NCBI GenBank assembly: GCA_038056025.1
Contig: JBBUGO010000029.1
Location: forward strand, 1-37,685
DNA: 37,685 nt
From: Patescibacteria group bacterium
GTDB taxonomy: Bacteria; Patescibacteriota; Minisyncoccia; 2-02-FULL-40-12; GWA2-44-9
Reading direction: 5' to 3'
A model generated the notes under the pieces. That model had not been told where the DNA came from. It saw nothing but the letters and a program-made list of their open reading frames with translations, and did no database searches. Position numbers and translations under genes: made by a program. Each line of letters begins with the position of its first letter. Positions within the stretch are counted from its first letter, which is position 1. This document shows positions 27,134 to 36,766 of this stretch, one piece after another.

Positions 27134-29626
27134 ATGCCCCAACGAGTGTATAGGGTCATCGGGGCGATGTTTGACGTTAAACCAGTGGATGGCGCTGGGC
27201 GTGTTGATGTTAGAAAACTACGGAGCGTTTCAAGGCGTCTGAATCTGCGCAATGCCGAACCAGCCCGTGTGCCGATTAATCTGGCGCACCTCGATGAACA
27301 CACAAAAGAGATTACCATCACACCGCGGCCCGTCGTACATGCGGCGGTGATGTCCAAGGACGAGGCGCTCCATGAGTTGGAGACGGAATTTTCTCCCGTG
27401 CCAAGCACATTCGACGCGACACCCGTCTCCTCGGTTGATTTGGAATACGGCAAAATCATGGAAGAAGTGCGGCGCAGTCAGCATCTCATCGTACGTAGCA
27501 CTCCCGTCATGCCCATCCGTCCGTTGCGCATCAGAAGGGTTGAACATTCAGTCCCCGCATCGGAGCCCGTGCGTACCAGCGTCTCGCGCATGCGTCCGCA
27601 GGAAGTTGCGACATGGTATCAGGCCACGGAGCCGGAACTATTGGCACGACAGTTTGCGCATGTGATGCACCCCCCGGTTTCTCATTTGCCGCAAATTTCA
27701 AGTGCCCGCCCGTTACGAACCATCATCGCAGGAATTATTGCGCTTCTTATGCTGGCAGGGGGTTCCTATATATTCTCTCTAAAAAAGAATGTGATTGAAG
27801 GCGGTACGGCGGCATTACAGAATCTTGAACAAGCGCAGGGAGATATTGCCAACCTTGACTTTGAGGGGGCCTCTGACAGTTTTGCCGCCGCATATAGCGA
27901 ATTTACTAAAGCAGGCGACCGCCTGGACGACCTGGGGTCGCGCATTACATCGTGGGTGAGTGAATTACCGGGCGGGCAAGCGCTCGAATCGGCTCAACGC
28001 ATCACGAAAGTCGGTGCACTTATTGCCGATACGGGTAAAGCGATGGCACAAGCGGTTGGGGCAATTTCTAAAACAGGATTTTTGCTCAATCCCCAGAGCA
28101 ATTCCCGTTTTCTTCTCTCGGAAGTGCTCGCGCCGTTGCGGGAAGCGCTAGCATTGTCGGATCAGAACCTCAATCAAGCGGCAACCCTGCTCCAAGAGGT
28201 GGACAGTTCGGTGATTCCCGAAGAAAAACGGCCGCTGTTTGATAATTTCAAATCAAAACTTCCTGCCATCGTCTCGGTGGTAAAAGACGGACAGGATTAT
28301 CTGCAATTTTTGGAGAGTTTCATGGGGGTGCGTGGCACACGTAAGTATCTCATATTATTCCAAAACAGCACGGAGCTTCGTCCCAATGGAGGATTTCCGG
28401 GTAATTACGGCGTCGTAACGGTAGAAAATGGCAAACTCAAGAATATTTTTGTAGACGATGTCTATAATCTTGACGGGCAGCTCAAGGAGCGCATCGTGCC
28501 CCCCCAACCGCTCCAGCACATTACTCCCACGTGGGGCATGCGTGATGCGGGTTGGTTTATTGATTTTCCCGCATCGGCACGAAAATCCATGGCGCTGTTC
28601 CGCAAAGAAGCCGGGTATGATGTCGATGGCGTAATCACCGTGAGCCCCAAGATCATTCAAGACATGTTAAAAATTGTCGGCCCCATTGATCTGCCCGCGT
28701 ACCATTTGACGATTACCAGCGAGAATTTTTTGCCCGAAATTCAAAACGAAGTTGAATACGGTGAAAATAAAAAACTCAATCAACCGAAAAAGATTATTGC
28801 CGACTTAGCTCCCATCGTTCTGGAGCGGCTGTACTCGGCCCAGCCGAGCATCTGGCTGTCCATTTTTCAGGCGCTCGTGACCAATGTTGAGCACAAAGAG
28901 ATGCTTATGTACTTTCGCGAGAGCGAACTAGAAGATTTGGTACTGCGCAAGGGTTTCGGCGGACAGGTAAGCGCCACCAACGACGACTATCTGACCGTGA
29001 ATGTGAGCAATGTGAAAGGTGCAAAGACCGATGCGGTCACCGATTCAATTATTTCGTTGCAGGTAAGCGATACCGGTGACGGGATCCACCACATTGTGCG
29101 CATTACACGCACGCATAACGGCGGCAAAAGCCAGTACGGGTTTTATAACTGGCGCAACCCTTCCTATGTGCGAGTATTAGTGCCGCAGGGGGCCAAACTG
29201 GTGGGCGCCCGTGGTGCGGACATTACGGACTACGGGCCAACTGTTGATTATTCTGAAAAAGGTTTTATTCGTGATGGCGACGTGATGAAGCTCGAAGAGA
29301 CATTCCGGGCTAGCGGCCAGCCGGGCGTTGTGACCTACGAGGAGGCCGGGAAAACCGGATTTGCGTTTTGGATGGTGGTTGAACCGGGCGCTACACAAAC
29401 CGTGGAGCTGGAATACGTCGTGCCACAGTTGCATCTCAATGACGCGTACCGTATGCTGGTCCAGAAACAACCCGGACTGGTGGTGAGAAGCTTTGACTTC
29501 CGCGTGATCCCTCCACAGGGGATGCGAGTGACCGCAGCTACGCCGGCGCTCCAGAAAACATCGGACGGATATGTGGCGAGCCAGCCATTGAACGGCGACA
29601 TGACCATACGGGTTCAGTTTGAATGA
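27134..29626 (+). CDS. DUF4012-domain membrane-anchored protein
   Basis: Single TM near residue 200; YLILFQNSTELRPNGGFPG, RDAGWFIDFP, VDGVI, LVQKQPG; TATAAT 6 nt before ATG. Confidence 0.85.
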   Translation: MPQRVYRVIGAMFDVKPVDGAGRVDVRKLRSVSRRLNLRNAEPARVPINLAHLDEHTKEITITPRPVVHAAVMSKDEALHELETEFSPVPSTFDATPVSSVDLEYGKIMEEVRRSQHLIVRSTPVMPIRPLRIRRVEHSVPASEPVRTSVSRMRPQEVATWYQATEPELLARQFAHVMHPPVSHLPQISSARPLRTIIAGIIALLMLAGGSYIFSLKKNVIEGGTAALQNLEQAQGDIANLDFEGASDSFAAAYSEFTKAGDRLDDLGSRITSWVSELPGGQALESAQRITKVGALIADTGKAMAQAVGAISKTGFLLNPQSNSRFLLSEVLAPLREALALSDQNLNQAATLLQEVDSSVIPEEKRPLFDNFKSKLPAIVSVVKDGQDYLQFLESFMGVRGTRKYLILFQNSTELRPNGGFPGNYGVVTVENGKLKNIFVDDVYNLDGQLKERIVPPQPLQHITPTWGMRDAGWFIDFPASARKSMALFRKEAGYDVDGVITVSPKIIQDMLKIVGPIDLPAYHLTITSENFLPEIQNEVEYGENKKLNQPKKIIADLAPIVLERLYSAQPSIWLSIFQALVTNVEHKEMLMYFRESELEDLVLRKGFGGQVSATNDDYLTVNVSNVKGAKTDAVTDSIISLQVSDTGDGIHHIVRITRTHNGGKSQYGFYNWRNPSYVRVLVPQGAKLVGARGADITDYGPTVDYSEKGFIRDGDVMKLEETFRASGQPGVVTYEEAGKTGFAFWMVVEPGATQTVELEYVVPQLHLNDAYRMLVQKQPGLVVRSFDFRVIPPQGMRVTAATPALQKTSDGYVASQPLNGDMTIRVQFE

Positions 29627-30963
29627 CTATACGAGGATTTTTTTCTGGCACTATTGCGCGGGCAAGCATTCTGCTGGCCTTTTTTACTATTGCGGGCAAA
29701 ATAGTCGGTCTAGTGCGGGACCGAATTCTCGTGGGGCAATTCGGCGCTTCTACGGAGCTAGATCTTTACTATGCGGCCTTCCGTATTCCGGACCTCATCT
29801 TCAACTTATTCATCCTCGGGGCGACCTCGTCGGCCATTGTGCCGATTTTTATTGAGCACTATCAAAAGGATAAGCAACGTGCGTGGGATATCGCCCAAAA
29901 TTTTCTCAATGTTACGTTTGTCGGGGTGTGTATGGCGTCGCTGGTTGTCATCATCTTCGCCCAGCCGCTCGCAGGGCTCATTGGTCCGGGTTTTAATCCC
30001 GATCAACTTGCATTATTGGCACAACTGATGAGAGTCATGATGGTTAGCTCCGTTGTGTTTGCCGCCAGTACCGTCCTTGGGTCAATTCTCCATGCGCTCC
30101 AGCGCTTTCTTGCTTTTTCACTCGCGCCCATTCTCTATAATGTGGGCATTATTCTCGGCGCGCTCTATGTGGTGCCGCAGATGAGCGCTCTCGGCCAAGA
30201 GAATATCATGGGTTTGGCGCTGGGTGTGGTACTGGGCTCGCTTATGCACCTAGCAATTCAAGCCCCCGTTGCCTATCAGGCCGGCTTTCGATTCGGAACA
30301 CTATTCAATATCTCCGACGGCGCCTTTCGTCGGATGATTACGTTGATGATTCCTCGCACGCTGGCACTGGGAGCTTACAATGTCGGCCTCACGATTATTA
30401 CCGGCATCGCATCGTTGGTGGGGACGGGAAGCATTACCATTTTGAACCTCGCCACCAATATCCAGTTTGTGCCGGTCTCGGTCATCGGCATTTCGCTGGC
30501 AACCGCGGTGTTTCCGCAGCTTTCCGCGCACGCTTCCCGACAGGAGATCGGAGAACTTCATAAAAAGCTCACGTATTCTTTGTGGACCACATTGTGGATG
30601 TCTGGGATTGTGGCCGTGGGAATTTTTCTATTCCGCCAACCGCTCATTGATATCATTTTTCGTGTCGGTGCATTCAAAGCAACGGACAGTTCGTTGACAG
30701 CATCGGTGCTGGGAATTTTCATGTTCAGTGTTGTCGCACAGAGCATGATGCATGTTATTACGCGGGCATACTATGCGCTCCAGAATACCCGCACGCCGTT
30801 CCTCATCGCACTTTTTTCCATAGCGCTTAATGTGGCGTTGAGCATGCTTTTTGCGCTGAAGTATCACCAGGGCGTTGTCGGTATCGCCATTGCCACCGCT
30901 ATCGCGTATAATATAAATTTCCTGCTACTCTATGTTGCATTCCGCCGCCGCTATACACCATGA
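29623..30963 (+). CDS. murJ: Lipid II flippase MurJ/MviN
   Basis: GLVRD...FGAS, AFRIPD, SLATAVFP, RAYYALQNTRTP; many TM helices. Confidence 0.92.
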   Translation: MTIRGFFSGTIARASILLAFFTIAGKIVGLVRDRILVGQFGASTELDLYYAAFRIPDLIFNLFILGATSSAIVPIFIEHYQKDKQRAWDIAQNFLNVTFVGVCMASLVVIIFAQPLAGLIGPGFNPDQLALLAQLMRVMMVSSVVFAASTVLGSILHALQRFLAFSLAPILYNVGIILGALYVVPQMSALGQENIMGLALGVVLGSLMHLAIQAPVAYQAGFRFGTLFNISDGAFRRMITLMIPRTLALGAYNVGLTIITGIASLVGTGSITILNLATNIQFVPVSVIGISLATAVFPQLSAHASRQEIGELHKKLTYSLWTTLWMSGIVAVGIFLFRQPLIDIIFRVGAFKATDSSLTASVLGIFMFSVVAQSMMHVITRAYYALQNTRTPFLIALFSIALNVALSMLFALKYHQGVVGIAIATAIAYNINFLLLYVAFRRRYTP

Positions 30964-32738
30964 AGAATATCCGCAATTTTTGCATCATCGCGCACATAGA
31001 TCACGGAAAATCGACCCTCGCAGATCGATTTTTGGAAATTACGGGCACGGTAGAAAAGCGGAAAATGCACGCGCAGTACCTCGATCAGATGGAACTTGAG
31101 CGTGAGCGTGGTATTACCATCAAGCTACAGCCGGTACGGATGAAGTATCGAGACTATACGCTCAATCTGATTGATACTCCCGGGCATGTTGATTTTTCAT
31201 ATGAAGTATCGCGTTCACTCGCGGCCGTTGAAGGGGCGGTTCTCTTGGTTGATGCGACCAAGGGGATTCAGGCGCAGACATTGGCGAACTTGCATCTGGC
31301 ACAGCAACAGAAACTCACCATCATACCAGTGATTAATAAAATCGATCTCCCTAATGCGCGCACTCAACAGGTTACAGAAGAGCTTTCCCACGTACTAGGG
31401 ATTGAGCCAGAAGCAGTGCTGGGGGTTTCCGCAAAAAATGGCACGAATGTAGAAAAGATTCTTGAGCGAGTTGTAACCGATGTTCCTGCGCCGAAAAAAA
31501 CAGGCGATGAACTCAAGGCGCTTATTTTTGATTCCACTTTTGATGCGTACAAAGGCGTAATCGCGTATGTGCGGGTCTTCGACGGCGTCATGAATCGTGG
31601 AGATAGGATTATTACCGCGGTGACAAGGGTAAAAGCCGATGTGCTCGAAACAGGATATTTTGCTCCGCAACTGACCCCCGAGCAACAGCTCGGGGCTGGA
31701 AATATCGGCTACGTTGCTACGGGGCTGAAAGATCCTGGCCAGATTCATGTCGGCGACACGATTACGCTTGAAAAAACATTCACCAGCGGAGAATTTATGC
31801 CCCTGGAAGGGTATCGAGAAGTGCGCCCCATGGTCTTTGCTAGTTTCTTTCCTGAGAATGCCGAGCAATATGACGAGCTTAAGGATGCCCTTGGAAAGCT
31901 AAAACTCACCGACGCCTCTTTGGTGTATGAACCAGAGTCATCCGCAGGTCTCGGTCGGGGGTTTCGTCTTGGTTTTCTTGGTATGCTCCATGTTGAGATT
32001 ATTTCCGAGCGTCTACGGCGAGAATTCGGCTTGCCACTCATTGTTTCGGCTCCATCGGTGGAGTATATGGTCACGCTCAAAAACGGTATGGAGGAAAAAA
32101 TCCGTTCCGCCTCGCTTTTGCCTGATGTGTCGACCATTGCGAGTATTGCCGAACCGATTGTTGATTTAGAAATCATCATGCCCTCGTCGTATCTGGGAAG
32201 TGTCATGGAACTTGCATCGACGCTTCGCGGTCCGTATGTGAGTACGGATTATCTAGGGAAAGAAACCGCAGTATTGAAATATGAAGTGCCACTTGCGGAA
32301 ATTATTACCGATTTCTATGACAAACTGAAAAGCGTTTCGTCTGGCTATGCTTCTATGAGTTACGAGCCGAAAGGATTTCGTTCGGGCGATCTTGTGCGAC
32401 TTGATATTTTAGTGGCCGAAGATCTCGTTGAGCCATTCTCTCGCATCGTGCCGCGCGAACAGGCATACCACGAAGGACGCGCTACGGTAGCGAAATTAAA
32501 AGAAGTCATACCGCAACAACTGTTTGCGGTGGCTCTGCAGGCGGCTATCGGAGGCAAAATCATTGCGCGTGAAACGATTAGTGCGCGGCGCAAAGACGTC
32601 ACAGGATACCTCTATGGCGGCGACGTGACCCGCAAAATGAAACTGCTCAAAAAGCAAAAGCGGGGCAAAAAGAAGCTCGAGGAATCCGGCCGCGTTAATA
32701 TTCCTCACGAGGTATTCCTTAAAATGTTAAAAAGATAG
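30960..32738 (+). CDS. lepA: Elongation factor 4 (LepA)
   Basis: IRNFCIIAHIDHGKSTLADR, DTPGHVDF, GFRLGFLG, LYGGDVTRKMKLL. Confidence 0.98.
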   Translation: MKNIRNFCIIAHIDHGKSTLADRFLEITGTVEKRKMHAQYLDQMELERERGITIKLQPVRMKYRDYTLNLIDTPGHVDFSYEVSRSLAAVEGAVLLVDATKGIQAQTLANLHLAQQQKLTIIPVINKIDLPNARTQQVTEELSHVLGIEPEAVLGVSAKNGTNVEKILERVVTDVPAPKKTGDELKALIFDSTFDAYKGVIAYVRVFDGVMNRGDRIITAVTRVKADVLETGYFAPQLTPEQQLGAGNIGYVATGLKDPGQIHVGDTITLEKTFTSGEFMPLEGYREVRPMVFASFFPENAEQYDELKDALGKLKLTDASLVYEPESSAGLGRGFRLGFLGMLHVEIISERLRREFGLPLIVSAPSVEYMVTLKNGMEEKIRSASLLPDVSTIASIAEPIVDLEIIMPSSYLGSVMELASTLRGPYVSTDYLGKETAVLKYEVPLAEIITDFYDKLKSVSSGYASMSYEPKGFRSGDLVRLDILVAEDLVEPFSRIVPREQAYHEGRATVAKLKEVIPQQLFAVALQAAIGGKIIARETISARRKDVTGYLYGGDVTRKMKLLKKQKRGKKKLEESGRVNIPHEVFLKMLKR

Positions 32739-32746
32739 TGTTTCTA

Positions 32747-32777
32747 CCTGCCCGTCCGAAGCTTTAGCGAAGGCGGG
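32747..32777 (+). repeat. Imperfect palindromic element (REP-like, second type)
   Basis: cctgcccgtccgaagctttagcgaaggcggg; begins cctgcc like the 13108 palindrome. Confidence 0.5.
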
Positions 32778-32884
32778 AAGATACTGAAGCGCTAAACCTG
32801 CTATCCCAGTAATACAACATTAACTTGCTATTCGTATACGAACAGCTTTTGCCCGCATGGGCCTGTCAATGTTGATATACTGGG

Positions 32885-32980
32885 CTATAATAGCGGTATC
32901 AGAAGGAAAAAGACCATTGCCAAAATGGTGACGAATGCGATGACAATGGAGATGGTTCTAAGCATTTTCGAATTGAACAT
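32885..32980 (-). CDS. Small single-TM membrane peptide, 31 aa (not in the ORF track)
   Basis: Hand translation MFNSKMLRTISIVIAFVTILAMVFFLLIPLL*: basic N-terminus plus an unbroken hydrophobic helix. Confidence 0.6.
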   Translation of the reverse strand: MFNSKMLRTISIVIAFVTILAMVFFLLIPLL

Positions 32981-32987
32981 GTTTTTT

Positions 32988-33017
32988 TCTACGCTCTAAG
33001 CCCTAAGCTCTACGCTC
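32988..33017 (+). repeat. Four heptamer tandem repeats
   Basis: tctacgc-tctaagc-cctaagc-tctacgc. Confidence 0.8.
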
Positions 33018-33028
33018 ACCATACTACC

Positions 33029-33394
33029 ATGCGGATATTTCTTCAATCAAAACTCACCACCATTATTCTCGTTCTCGCTTTGGTATGGCTGGGAGGGTCG
33101 GTAATCGCTGTCTATCGGCAGGCGGCGCAGGTGCAAGAGGAACAGCGCGACTTGCAGGCAAAAATAGCGGCGCTGGAACGCGACAACGCGACACTACAGG
33201 AACAAATTAATCGCAGTAGCGATCCGGAGTATCTGGAATGGCTGGCAAAAGTGAAACTCAACTACCGCCCTGCCGACGAACAGGTTGCCTTTATCTATCC
33301 TGCGGCATCGCCCGAACCAGCATCAAAAAGTTTTGACGAGGAGCCATCGGGTGTGGCAAAGTATTGGAGTTGGCTCAAGGGGTTGTTCGAGTAA
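33029..33394 (+). CDS. Septum formation initiator (FtsB/DivIC family)
   Basis: N-terminal TM, coiled coil, SDPEYLEWLAKVKLNYRPADE. Confidence 0.8.
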   Translation: MRIFLQSKLTTIILVLALVWLGGSVIAVYRQAAQVQEEQRDLQAKIAALERDNATLQEQINRSSDPEYLEWLAKVKLNYRPADEQVAFIYPAASPEPASKSFDEEPSGVAKYWSWLKGLFE

Positions 33395-33465
33395 GCGGGA
33401 TTCGTATAGTGGCAGTACATGACCTTCCCAAGGTTAGGGCACGGGTTCGATTCCCGTATCCCGCT
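33395..33465 (+). tRNA. tRNA-Gly(CCC)
   Basis: GCGGGAT/ATCCCGC acceptor, TGACC-TTCCCAA-GGTTA anticodon arm, GGTTCGATTCC. Confidence 0.95.
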
Positions 33466-33511
33466 CAGCTTTATTTTTCCTCGTTTTTGGAGTAAAGTAG
33501 TCTGGTTTTAT

Positions 33512-33583
33512 GCCGACCTAGCTCAACGGTAGAGCATTCGCATCGTAAGCGAAGGGTTCGGGGTTCAAGTCCCCGGGTCGGCT
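33512..33583 (+). tRNA. tRNA-Thr(CGT)
   Basis: GCCGACC/GGTCGGC acceptor, TTCGC-ATCGTAA-GCGAA anticodon arm, GGTTCAAGTCC. Confidence 0.95.
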
Positions 33584-33590
33584 CACTCAT

Positions 33591-34013
33591 ATGGATCACG
33601 TTCTGCGTTTTCTAAAAAATCACCGCATCTGCTCGTTATCGATTCTAACGGAGAAAGGCCCGCATGCTGCGGCGATGCACTATTCGCATCGCGACACCCC
33701 GCTGGCACTCTTTTTTTCAACGGACAAAAACAGCAGAAAGACATCAGGCATTTTAAAAAACGGAGGCGCCCCTGCATCAGTTGTCATCGGGTTTAGCGAA
33801 GGCAACATGCAAACGCTTCAGATGGATGGCACCATGCGGGCGGTGACGGACGGGGACCTACAGGCGGCTCAAGCAATTCACTACGCTAAAATTACCGAGT
33901 CGGCGCGGTATAAGGACGATCCCGACACACTTTTTCTCGCTTTCGAACCGCACTGGGTGCGGTTTTCAAATCACAAGGAAGACAACCCCGTGCTCTTTGA
34001 GCAGGAACTCTAG
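33591..34013 (+). CDS. Pyridoxamine 5'-phosphate oxidase-like FMN-binding split-barrel protein
   Basis: [38 protein letters not shown] pattern. Confidence 0.75.
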   Translation: MDHVLRFLKNHRICSLSILTEKGPHAAAMHYSHRDTPLALFFSTDKNSRKTSGILKNGGAPASVVIGFSEGNMQTLQMDGTMRAVTDGDLQAAQAIHYAKITESARYKDDPDTLFLAFEPHWVRFSNHKEDNPVLFEQEL

Positions 34014-34021
34014 TTTCCAAA

Positions 34022-34765
34022 ATGTTTCAATACGAATTAAACAAAGCGTTGCTGAATATTTATGCGGGCGCGGGTGGCGTGGATGCCCAGGACTGGGCAG
34101 GCATGCTTCTGCGCATGTACCAGCGTTACGCCGCCGGCAAGGGATGGAAATTTTTGCTTTTGAACCAGTCATTAGGCGAGCAGAAGGGCATCAAAAGCGC
34201 GTCGTGTGAAATTGTCGGCGCCGATTGCTATGCTATACTGAAGGGCGAGAGCGGCGTGCACCGTCTGGTGCGCATTTCGCCGTTCTCGGCAAAGAACTTG
34301 CGTCACACTTCGTTTGCGCTTGTGGAAATTATGCCGGAAATCGTGCCGCAAGCTCTGGTCATTAATCCCGACGATATCGAGCTGGATACGTTCCGTTCCG
34401 GCGGCGCAGGCGGTCAGAACGTCAACAAAGTGGAAACTGCTGTTCGCGTAACGCACAAACCCACGGGCATCGCGGTCGTGGTGCAGACCGAACGCAGTCA
34501 GGCGCAAAATCGCGAGAAAGCCATGCAGATGCTCGCGTCGCGTCTCGCGGCCCTGATGGAAAAGGAAAAAGCGAAGCAGCTGTCCGAGTTAAAGCCGGAG
34601 ATGAGATCGGGTTCCATCGAATGGGGAAGTCAGATTCGCTCGTACGTCCTGCATCCGTACCAAATGGTGAAAGACCATCGTACTGGCGTGAAAGTTTCTC
34701 AACCCGATAAAGTTCTCGATGGGGATCTGGATAAATTCATTGAGGCGGAGAAGAATTTGCCATGA
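34022..34765 (+). CDS. prfB: Peptide chain release factor 2, N-terminally short
   Basis: [23 protein letters not shown] (SPF motif), [18 protein letters not shown]. Confidence 0.92.
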   Translation: MFQYELNKALLNIYAGAGGVDAQDWAGMLLRMYQRYAAGKGWKFLLLNQSLGEQKGIKSASCEIVGADCYAILKGESGVHRLVRISPFSAKNLRHTSFALVEIMPEIVPQALVINPDDIELDTFRSGGAGGQNVNKVETAVRVTHKPTGIAVVVQTERSQAQNREKAMQMLASRLAALMEKEKAKQLSELKPEMRSGSIEWGSQIRSYVLHPYQMVKDHRTGVKVSQPDKVLDGDLDKFIEAEKNLP

Positions 34766-35442
34766 TAGAATACAAAAACGTTTCAACAATCTACGACGAC
34801 GACTTCGTGGCGTTGGACAATATTAGTTTAGAAATCAAGGACGGGGAGTTTGTTTCCATTGTCGGCCCCGCGGGTGCGGGCAAATCTACGCTCCTGCGTC
34901 TGTTGACCAGGGAGCTTACTCCTGATAAGGGCAATGTCGTTGTTGACGGCGTCGATTTGGCAGGAATTTCGGGCAATGCCATTCCGCTGTTGCGCCGCAA
35001 GATCGGCACGGTCTTCCAGGACTTCAAGCTTTTAACATCAAAAAACAGTTTTGAAAACGTGGCATTTGCGCTGGAGGTCTGTGGGGCCAACCTTCGGCAG
35101 GTTAATGAAGACGTACCCAAGGTGTTGAGTATTGTGGGGCTGACGGAAAAGACCAACAGCTTCCCGCACCAGATGTCCGGCGGCGAGAAGCAGCGCTTGG
35201 CCATTGCCCGCGCGCTCATTCATCGCCCGCGCATCATGCTTGCCGATGAGCCCACGGGGAACCTGGATTTGGTCAACAGCTACGATGTGCTACGATTGTT
35301 AATGAAAATCAACGAACTCGGCACCACAGTCATTATGGTCACCCATAACCGCGATTTGGTGAACGCCGTGGGCCGCCGCGTGATTTCCATGGAAAAGGGC
35401 AAGATCACGCGCGATCAAATGCAGGGCAAATACGTCATTTAA
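34762..35442 (+). CDS. ftsE: Cell division ATP-binding protein FtsE
   Basis: [32 protein letters not shown]; adjacent to ftsX. Confidence 0.93.
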   Translation: MIEYKNVSTIYDDDFVALDNISLEIKDGEFVSIVGPAGAGKSTLLRLLTRELTPDKGNVVVDGVDLAGISGNAIPLLRRKIGTVFQDFKLLTSKNSFENVAFALEVCGANLRQVNEDVPKVLSIVGLTEKTNSFPHQMSGGEKQRLAIARALIHRPRIMLADEPTGNLDLVNSYDVLRLLMKINELGTTVIMVTHNRDLVNAVGRRVISMEKGKITRDQMQGKYVI

Positions 35443-35443
35443 T

Positions 35444-36355
35444 ATGTGGAGAGAGAAATTTCAACGAGTATTGAACGCGGGGTGGAATAACTTCCGCCGC
35501 AACAGCTATGTGAGTATTGGCACTACGGGTGTCATGACGCTGGTGTTGTTGGTGTTCTTAGGGTTGGTGGCGGTTAATTTTTTGGCATCCACCATCGTCG
35601 TATCGCTCGAGGAAAAGGTGGATGTCAGCGCATATTTTAAATCCGATGCCACCGAGGACGAAATTTTGAAAGTCCAATCTGATTTGCGTGGGCTTGCTGT
35701 GGTAAAAAGTGTTGAATATGTGTCGCAAGATGAAGCACTGGCGGATTTCAAAGAACGACACGCGGGGGATGCGCTTATTCAAGAATCACTCGCGGAACTG
35801 GATGACAATCCTCTGCAGGCGTCACTCAATATCAAAGCGCGTCAGGCCGGCCAGTACGGAGCCATTGTGGAATTTTTAGAGGGCAACGCCCTGCGCACGT
35901 TTATCGACAAAATTAATTACTACGAAAACGAAAAAGTTATCAGCCGCATCCACAGCATTTCCGGCGCCATTCAGAACTGGGGCTTTCTGGCAACGCTGGT
36001 GCTTGCAGCCATTGCGGTGCTGGTAACGTTCAATACGATTCGCCTCACGATTTACAGTCAAAAGCAGGAAATTGAAATCATGCGTCTGGTGGGCGGGTCC
36101 AACTGGCACATCCGCGCGCCGTATCTGGTGGAGGGAGCATTGTACGGCTCATTTGCCGCGCTCATCGCGCTGGTAGTGTTCTATCCGCTGGTGTTTGTTG
36201 CCGCGCCCAAAATGGAAACACTCATGCCGGGTCTTGCGATGGGGAGCTACTTTATTGGCCATCTTCCGGCATTCACCCTGCTTATCTGGGGCGCTGGTAT
36301 TGTGCTGGGTATTGTCTCCAGTATCGTCGCCATACGGAAGTTTCTGCATATCTAA
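35444..36355 (+). CDS. ftsX: Cell division permease FtsX
   Basis: DNPLQAS, NTIRLTI...EIEIMRLVG, four TM helices. Confidence 0.93.
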   Translation: MWREKFQRVLNAGWNNFRRNSYVSIGTTGVMTLVLLVFLGLVAVNFLASTIVVSLEEKVDVSAYFKSDATEDEILKVQSDLRGLAVVKSVEYVSQDEALADFKERHAGDALIQESLAELDDNPLQASLNIKARQAGQYGAIVEFLEGNALRTFIDKINYYENEKVISRIHSISGAIQNWGFLATLVLAAIAVLVTFNTIRLTIYSQKQEIEIMRLVGGSNWHIRAPYLVEGALYGSFAALIALVVFYPLVFVAAPKMETLMPGLAMGSYFIGHLPAFTLLIWGAGIVLGIVSSIVAIRKFLHI

Positions 36356-36392
36356 AAGAACGGGCCCGTTTCCTATGTCTTGGAAACGGGCC
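36354..36392 (-). terminator. Terminator between ftsX and the convergent small ORF
   Basis: ggcccgtttcc/ggaaacgggcc 11-bp stem, then cgttctttt on the minus strand. Confidence 0.75.
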
Positions 36393-36540
36393 TGCGAGTC
36401 GGGTTGACGATCGGGTGCTTGTCGATTCCTATGCTGAAGTCGGTGTAATAGCAATCTTCACACACGGTATCTTTGTCGATTGTATAGCGCCCGACCTGCT
36501 CCTCGGGAATCTCGTTGGGACACCTGGCGCATTTGGTCAT
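36373..36540 (-). CDS. Small Zn-finger protein, 55 aa (not in the ORF track)
   Basis: Perfect SD AAGGAGGT then ATG; MTKCARCPNEIPEEQVGRYTIDKDTVCEDCYYTDFSIGIDKHPIVNPTRRPVSKT*. Confidence 0.8.
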   Translation of the reverse strand: MTKCARCPNEIPEEQVGRYTIDKDTVCEDCYYTDFSIGIDKHPIVNPTRRPVSKT

Positions 36541-36766
36541 CTACACCTCCTTGTTTATATCGTAAATGCAAGCGAGTAGAAAGTCCAGAAACGCTATCGA
36601 AAAACGACTCGTTTTGTTGTGTTGTTGACGATATACAAAAGATATGGTATATAGATAGTCACTCACATAGTTCTTCACAACCTTAACCAAAAACTGACGC
36701 CTACGGCGTCAGAAAGCTTTCTTACTCGAAACATCCTGGCGCTCATTGGCGTAAGGAGGAAAGAAC

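Noticed and set aside
1337-33017. Repeats as a possible CRISPR array
   Set aside because: No regularly spaced 23-47 bp repeats with unique spacers and no cas genes.
33395-33583. tRNAs lacking encoded CCA, and A32 in tRNA-Thr
   Set aside because: Both are common in bacteria and the cloverleaves are otherwise normal.
33995-34001. CTT TGA just upstream of prfB, resembling the RF2 +1 frameshift site
   Set aside because: It is in the same frame as prfB. A +1 shift leads into the upstream gene's frame and its TAG. There is no properly spaced internal SD and no RF2 N-terminal ORF.
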